DNA of 32,000 nucleotides from Candidatus Thorarchaeota archaeon (GTDB lineage Archaea > Asgardarchaeota > Thorarchaeia > Thorarchaeales > Thorarchaeaceae), in assembly GCA_008080745.1 (NCBI GenBank), contig SHMX01000004.1, positions 30,001-62,000 of the forward strand, read 5' to 3'. Positions 27,197 to 32,000 of this stretch are shown here, in pieces. Numbering within the stretch: the first letter of the stretch is position 1; each line of letters begins with the position of its first letter. Both the position numbers and the translations under genes were made by a program. The notes under the pieces are model-generated. The model saw only the letters and a program-made list of their open reading frames with translations, had not been told where the DNA came from and did not search any database.

Positions 27197-27788
27197 ATTC
27201 TTCCTTTTCATCATCCTTTTGTTTTTGCATCATCTTTTCTAATTTTTCTAGATCCTCTGGAGACATATTTTTCATAGCTTCCTGAGACTGCTTTATCATC
27301 TGGGCCATTATCATCCCATAGATCGCAGGCAGAGCTAATTGAGTTTCGACCCTCTCATCATACTCCTCCTCGGCTAATTCCTTTGCTTCTTTGAGTGCCT
27401 CTTTTGTTACTTCACCCTGACCAATCCCTGGACATTGTTTATTTGAAACAAAAAATTTCTCACCATTGTATTGGAGCGGAAAAGTCCTACACGAGATGGG
27501 ACGAATGTATCTAATTGTGCAGTTATTTGATTCTTCGTGATAGAGTGCACAAGCAGTTTTGTCCGAATCAGATTCAAGAGGTTTTCTAGCGGTTACCATT
27601 CGAATAACTTCGCCCTCGCCCTCTGGAACCTTTAACTCTAGAGCACCCATGATATGCTGGAGGACATTGGCAACTGTCCAACGAGAGAGGTCTCCAGTTG
27701 TGACATTCACCTCTGGTCTTGTACAACAGACTCGGTTGGAACACTCAGTTTCTAGACATTTGAAATTGTATTTTTTCTTGTCTGCCAT
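27195..27788 (-). CDS. YkgJ-family cysteine-cluster protein (putative Zn/Fe chelating)
   Basis: FKC...C...CC, CALY..CTIRYIRPISCRTFP, CPGIG. AGGTGA SD favours ATG 27788 over 27818. Confidence 0.85.
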   Translation of the reverse strand: MADKKKYNFKCLETECSNRVCCTRPEVNVTTGDLSRWTVANVLQHIMGALELKVPEGEGEVIRMVTARKPLESDSDKTACALYHEESNNCTIRYIRPISCRTFPLQYNGEKFFVSNKQCPGIGQGEVTKEALKEAKELAEEEYDERVETQLALPAIYGMIMAQMIKQSQEAMKNMSPEDLEKLEKMMQKQKDDEKEE

Positions 27789-27930
27789 AACATCTCTCAC
27801 CTTGATTTTCTGATTCATCTGTCAGAAACTAATTGCTATAATGCTTTCGAAGTACCTATCACTCTGACTACCTATGCCGACAGATTTATGACTATGGAAA
27901 TATGGCGAAATAATACGACAATGAAGTCGC

Positions 27931-27949
27931 TTTTGTGGAGTCCACAAAA
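27931..27949 (+). promoter_or_regulatory. Perfect palindrome covering the RBS and first start-codon base of the P-type ATPase
   Basis: TTTTGTGGA-G-TCCACAAAA; includes GGAG (27937-27940) and the A of the ATG at 27949. Confidence 0.5.
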
Positions 27950-30735
27950 TGGGAACAAATTGGTACAGTAATGACACTGACTATGTTTTGGATAACCTAG
28001 ATACCTCTCTTGATGGTCTTTCCTCTGAAGAAGCCGAAGCCCGATTAGAGAAGTATGGTCACAACGAACTCATCGAAACTGGTAAAATTAGCCCCATTCG
28101 CATGTTTGCGCATCAGTTTACAGATCCAATGGTGATAATTCTTCTAATTGCAATTGTGATTTCCTTGCTGACTTCCGTACTTGCTCATGGAGGCGGCGAA
28201 GAACATGGATTGATTGATGCAATCGTTATTTCAGCAATTGTGATTTTCAACGCTATATTTGGATTCGTGCAGGAATATCGATCTGAACAGGCTCTTGAAG
28301 CATTGAAATCTATGGCTGCTCCCAGAGCCAGAGTGAAACGCGACGGTTTGTGGAAGGAGATCGACTCTCGTTATGTAGTGCCAGGAGATTTAATGAATCT
28401 TGAAGCTGGGGATAAGGTACCAGCTGATGGGAGAGTTGTCTATGCTGTTGGTCTGGGAAGTGATGAGGCTGCACTAACTGGTGAATCCGTATCTGTTAGA
28501 AAAGTCGAGGATACAATACACCTCGATGGCCCCTCAGTTGGTGATATGAAAAATATGGTCTTTCAGGGCACTGTGATAGTAGCTGGCAAAGGTCATGCAA
28601 TTGCCACTGAAACTGGTATGGATACCAAATTTGGTCAGATTGCAGACATGGTACAACAAAGCAAGAAGGACATGACACCTTTACAACACGACCTAGAGGA
28701 TCTAGGAAAGAAACTCGGGGTTTTGGTCATTGCCTTGTGTGTAATTGTATTTGCTGCAGAACTCATCAGGGACACGGGTGATTCCCCAATCGAGATGTTA
28801 TTAGCGGCAATAGCACTTGCAGTTTCTGCTATTCCGGAGGGACTGCCTGCGGTCGTCACAATCACATTAGCTATCGGTGTACAGCAGATGGTTGCAAGAA
28901 ATGCTATAGTGCGTAGACTACCTAGTGTTGAAACCTTAGGATCTACAACTATAATTTGTAGTGATAAGACTGGCACGATTACAAAATCTGAGATGACGGT
29001 TCAATCCATGTTTGTGAATGGAATGACGTTGTCCGTGACTGGTGTTGGATACAATAAGGAGGGTGAGTTTTTCAGGGCCAGCAAGAAATTCGATGTTTCT
29101 GAAGATGAGCATGCAACACTCCTTTTGAAAATAGGTCAGTTATGTGGTAATTCACTCCTACAGAATGATACATCCGGAGCTGCTGATTGGATGATTGTTG
29201 GAGACCCCACTGAAGGTGCATTATTGGTTGCAGCTGAAAAAGCTGGAATCACCTACGATGCTACTTGGGAAGAGTATAAAGAAATCTCAGAGATTTCATT
29301 CGACTCTGCAAGAAAGCGAATGACCTCTATTTGTCGAAACAAAGAAGGAGAACTATTTGCTTTCTCAAAGGGTGCACCTGAGGTTCTTCTTCCTTTATGC
29401 AATCATATCTATGAGAATGGCCAGATCAGACCCCTCCGTGAAGGAGAAAGAGAGGGCATCATTGAGATTAATGCAGGTTTTGCAGAGAATGCACTTCGAG
29501 TTCTCGCTTTTGCTTACAGACCTATTGAAGCAGAGATTCCTGATTGGGAGCCAGAGAAAGTTGAGCGCGATCTGATATTTGTTGGTCTTATTGGTATGAT
29601 TGACCCTCCCCGTGATGAGGTCTATGATGCTATTGACAAATGCAAGAAAGCTGGTATCAGACCAATCATGATTACAGGTGACCATGAGCTCACAGCACGA
29701 GCAATATCTGTAGATGTAGGACTCATAGAGAGAGGTGGCGAGGTTATAACAGGTGCAATGATTGACAAAATGGATGAAGCAACATTCAGACAATCGGTTG
29801 ATCACTGTGATGTATACGCTCGTGTTGCACCCCGTCACAAGCTACAGATAGTTGAAGCTCTGAAGGATAAGGGTGAAGTAGTTGCTATGACTGGAGATGG
29901 TGTTAATGATGCACCTGCAGTCAAGACAGCAAATGTTGGTATCTCGATGGGTATTCGCGGTGCTGATGTAACAAGAGAGGCTTCCGATGTCATCCTTACG
30001 GATGATAACTTTGCCACTATTGTCGATGCTGTGGAAAAAGGAAGAGAGATCTATTCCAATATCCGTAAGTTTGTAAGGTTTCTTTTGGCTGCAAACTTTG
30101 ATGAAATATTTCTTATCTTCACTATTATCATGATTGGGTTACCTCTACCTATCACCGCCATCCAGATTCTGTGGTTGAACCTTGCAACAGACGGTTTTCC
30201 AGCTCTTGCTCTGGGTGTAGATCCACCAGAAGAAGGTGTTATGACTAGACCCCCAAGAGAACCTGGCAAGAAAATGATGGACCGTGGTATGATATCGTTT
30301 GTTGTGATAGCAGGATTCATAGCTTTCTTGGCATCTGCATTTGTGTTTCTGTGGAGTCTTAATACCTATGGTGGATGGATTCCAGGAGTTAATGGTCCAC
30401 TTGTCGATTGGGACACTCCAACATGGGATTATGCTCTGAAACACGCCCGAACGGCAGCTTTTGCAGGAGTGGTGACATTTGAACTGCTATTTGTGTGGAA
30501 TTGCCGTGATGAATATCATCCTGTCTGGAGAACTCATATTACACAATCTCGTGCATTAATCGGTGCAGTTATTCTTTCAATTGTTCTTACTTTAGCAACT
30601 ATCTATGTACCGTTCATGCAACCCTTATTCCAGACAATGCCACTCAATCCGATTGACTGGGTAATAATAATAACAACATGTCTTCCTGGGCTATTCATCC
30701 CACCACATATCATCTTTGGACATGACAAGGAATAA
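27949..30735 (+). CDS. P-type IIA cation-transporting ATPase, SERCA-like (probable Ca2+ pump)
   Basis: TGES, AIPEGL, DKTGT, KGAPE, MITGD, TGDGVNDAPA; M5 ANFDE, M6 WLNLATDG, M8 Glu. Confidence 0.95.
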   Translation: MGTNWYSNDTDYVLDNLDTSLDGLSSEEAEARLEKYGHNELIETGKISPIRMFAHQFTDPMVIILLIAIVISLLTSVLAHGGGEEHGLIDAIVISAIVIFNAIFGFVQEYRSEQALEALKSMAAPRARVKRDGLWKEIDSRYVVPGDLMNLEAGDKVPADGRVVYAVGLGSDEAALTGESVSVRKVEDTIHLDGPSVGDMKNMVFQGTVIVAGKGHAIATETGMDTKFGQIADMVQQSKKDMTPLQHDLEDLGKKLGVLVIALCVIVFAAELIRDTGDSPIEMLLAAIALAVSAIPEGLPAVVTITLAIGVQQMVARNAIVRRLPSVETLGSTTIICSDKTGTITKSEMTVQSMFVNGMTLSVTGVGYNKEGEFFRASKKFDVSEDEHATLLLKIGQLCGNSLLQNDTSGAADWMIVGDPTEGALLVAAEKAGITYDATWEEYKEISEISFDSARKRMTSICRNKEGELFAFSKGAPEVLLPLCNHIYENGQIRPLREGEREGIIEINAGFAENALRVLAFAYRPIEAEIPDWEPEKVERDLIFVGLIGMIDPPRDEVYDAIDKCKKAGIRPIMITGDHELTARAISVDVGLIERGGEVITGAMIDKMDEATFRQSVDHCDVYARVAPRHKLQIVEALKDKGEVVAMTGDGVNDAPAVKTANVGISMGIRGADVTREASDVILTDDNFATIVDAVEKGREIYSNIRKFVRFLLAANFDEIFLIFTIIMIGLPLPITAIQILWLNLATDGFPALALGVDPPEEGVMTRPPREPGKKMMDRGMISFVVIAGFIAFLASAFVFLWSLNTYGGWIPGVNGPLVDWDTPTWDYALKHARTAAFAGVVTFELLFVWNCRDEYHPVWRTHITQSRALIGAVILSIVLTLATIYVPFMQPLFQTMPLNPIDWVIIITTCLPGLFIPPHIIFGHDKE

Positions 30736-30741
30736 CTGGAA

Positions 30742-31584
30742 CTAGACGGGCAGACGCTTCTCAAGCCAAGCGTTCATGTCCGCTAGCACTTTTTCTTTTT
30801 CTATTTCTGAGTGTAATTCATGATATAGTCCTTCATAAAGCTTGAATGTTTTATCAGGAGAAGCAAGATTGTCGAAAAATTCCTTTGTTTTTTCGGAATC
30901 TACCAATTTATCATCCCCACCTTGTTGTATAAGGGTGGGTAAGGTAATCTTATCCGCTGATTTGAAAGCACGTTCCTTAGCTCTGAGTGCAGATATACCA
31001 AATCTGGGTGTAACCTTATCGAATCGGAGTGGATCGTTTTTATGGGCCGTTACCACTTCAGAATCGTGTGAGGAATATTCGTGATTCACTTCATTTTCGA
31101 AGTATTTCTTCACGTTTAGTAACGATAGAAACCAACCGATGATTCTAGTACTTCTAGAGATTGGAAGAGTCTCTGAAACTGCTGGACACGAAAGTATCAT
31201 ACCATCAACCTCGTTTGGATAAAAATCAATATAGCGAAGAATATGAACTGCTCCTAATGAATGGCCGAAGAGATAGGTCAATCGATTTAGGAATCTGTCT
31301 TTTGCTTGCATTACGATATTATGCATGTCCTCTATATACTCTTTATAGCTCATGACATGACCCTTTAGACCTGAATAGCTTCCAAACCCTCTCATATCTG
31401 GAGCAAAGACCGCAAAGCCTTTTTCACCAAAATACTCTCCGATATTTTTTAGTGAGTAACCATAGCTTCCTAAACCGTGAATTGCAATCAGTATTGCTCT
31501 TGGTCTCTCATCATCTGGCATCCATAGATTGGTGTGCATTCTCAAACCGTCATAACCAATATACTGGCTCTCTTCAAACTTCAT
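30742..31584 (-). CDS. Alpha/beta hydrolase, lysophospholipase / monoglyceride lipase type
   Basis: AIHGLG, DMRGFG, GHSLG nucleophile elbow, DDKLV acid, YHE histidine. Confidence 0.92.
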   Translation of the reverse strand: MKFEESQYIGYDGLRMHTNLWMPDDERPRAILIAIHGLGSYGYSLKNIGEYFGEKGFAVFAPDMRGFGSYSGLKGHVMSYKEYIEDMHNIVMQAKDRFLNRLTYLFGHSLGAVHILRYIDFYPNEVDGMILSCPAVSETLPISRSTRIIGWFLSLLNVKKYFENEVNHEYSSHDSEVVTAHKNDPLRFDKVTPRFGISALRAKERAFKSADKITLPTLIQQGGDDKLVDSEKTKEFFDNLASPDKTFKLYEGLYHELHSEIEKEKVLADMNAWLEKRLPV

Positions 31585-31663
31585 GATACTTTCATCAGTC
31601 CTTTGGTATCTACACTTATATTTTAGTTGACATTTTACTTGATACCTAATTGTGGTGTAGTCA

Positions 31664-32000
31664 ATGGTGCTAATGATATCCGCAGCTATTATTCTTATTC
31701 TGAGACTTGTTTCATTGATAGTTTCCTTTCTATTAGCTTATACATTGATTATCCGCTGGCTCGAATCAGGAATTCGTGTTGTGTTCCTTTTCATGATTGC
31801 AAATCTAGTGTCTTCATTCTCAAATATTACCAGTGTTATCGAGGTCTTATTCTTCTTTGAGGAATTCAATGTGACCAATTTGCTTTCTACTGTGATCCTT
31901 TCGTTTTTCGGGATTCTTATTGCTAGTACCTATCTACTGTTCATTGACTATTTCGAGAATGAGCATATGTCCCCTGAGAAGGTAGCTCTTGCAGTGGCAC
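31664..32000 (+). CDS. Multi-pass membrane protein, 3'-truncated by window edge (absent from the ORF track)
   Basis: My translation from ATG 31664 has no stop to the window end (MVLMISAAIILILRLVSL...LFIDYFENEHMSPEKVALAVA); at least three TM segments; SD-like GGTG at 31654-31657. Confidence 0.75.
   Translation, partial: MVLMISAAIILILRLVSLIVSFLLAYTLIIRWLESGIRVVFLFMIANLVSSFSNITSVIEVLFFFEEFNVTNLLSTVILSFFGILIASTYLLFIDYFENEHMSPEKVALAVA

Noticed and set aside
27819-27948. yybP-ykoY (Mn2+) riboswitch before the P-type ATPase
   Set aside because: The consensus elements are not recognisable and the likely leader is only about 40-60 nt.
205-31355. Numerous 60-150 aa ORFs nested in or antisense to the long genes
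   Set aside because: They are shadow frames of well-supported genes, with no motifs and no clear SD sites.
31627-31860. 77-aa plus-strand ORF in the track
   Set aside because: It is Cys/Tyr-rich with no protein-like pattern; the overlapping frame from 31664 gives a coherent membrane protein.
1-32000. CRISPR arrays, transposases, integrases, tRNA/rRNA, stop-codon readthrough (Sec/Pyl)
   Set aside because: I saw no spaced direct repeats, mobile-element motifs, cloverleafs or interrupted domains. All complete proteins end at plausible C-termini.

Overview
A gene-dense archaeal chromosomal window with GGAGG/GGTGA Shine-Dalgarno sites, frequent TTG/GTG starts and a DnaK lacking the Gram-negative/eukaryote-type insertion. 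The gene content and C-terminally anchored surface proteins suggest an Asgard archaeon, possibly Thorarchaeia-like (inference). The left half (0.5-14.7 kb) holds three different membrane-anchored subtilisin (S8) proteases, a Cys-less flavoprotein reductase, a small predicted PC4/PUR-fold protein and a membrane-anchored coiled-coil protein. The right half is housekeeping: nitroreductase, glyoxylate reductase, wHTH regulator, CitG-like protein, Sir2, grpE-dnaK-dnaJ, an MTH1675-like protein, a PadR/HAAS pair, MFS transporter, M24 peptidase, YkgJ-family protein, SERCA-type P-ATPase and a lysophospholipase. The best lead is the minus-strand S8 at 4988-7873. Its domain order and several motifs match eukaryotic Site-1 protease (MBTPS1/SKI-1) as I recall that sequence. 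Also notable are a ~126-nt multi-stem element upstream of a 1585-aa surface protease and structured leaders or palindromes before grpE and the P-type ATPase. I saw no rRNA, tRNA, CRISPR array or mobile element. All family calls are from motif reading; no searches were run.
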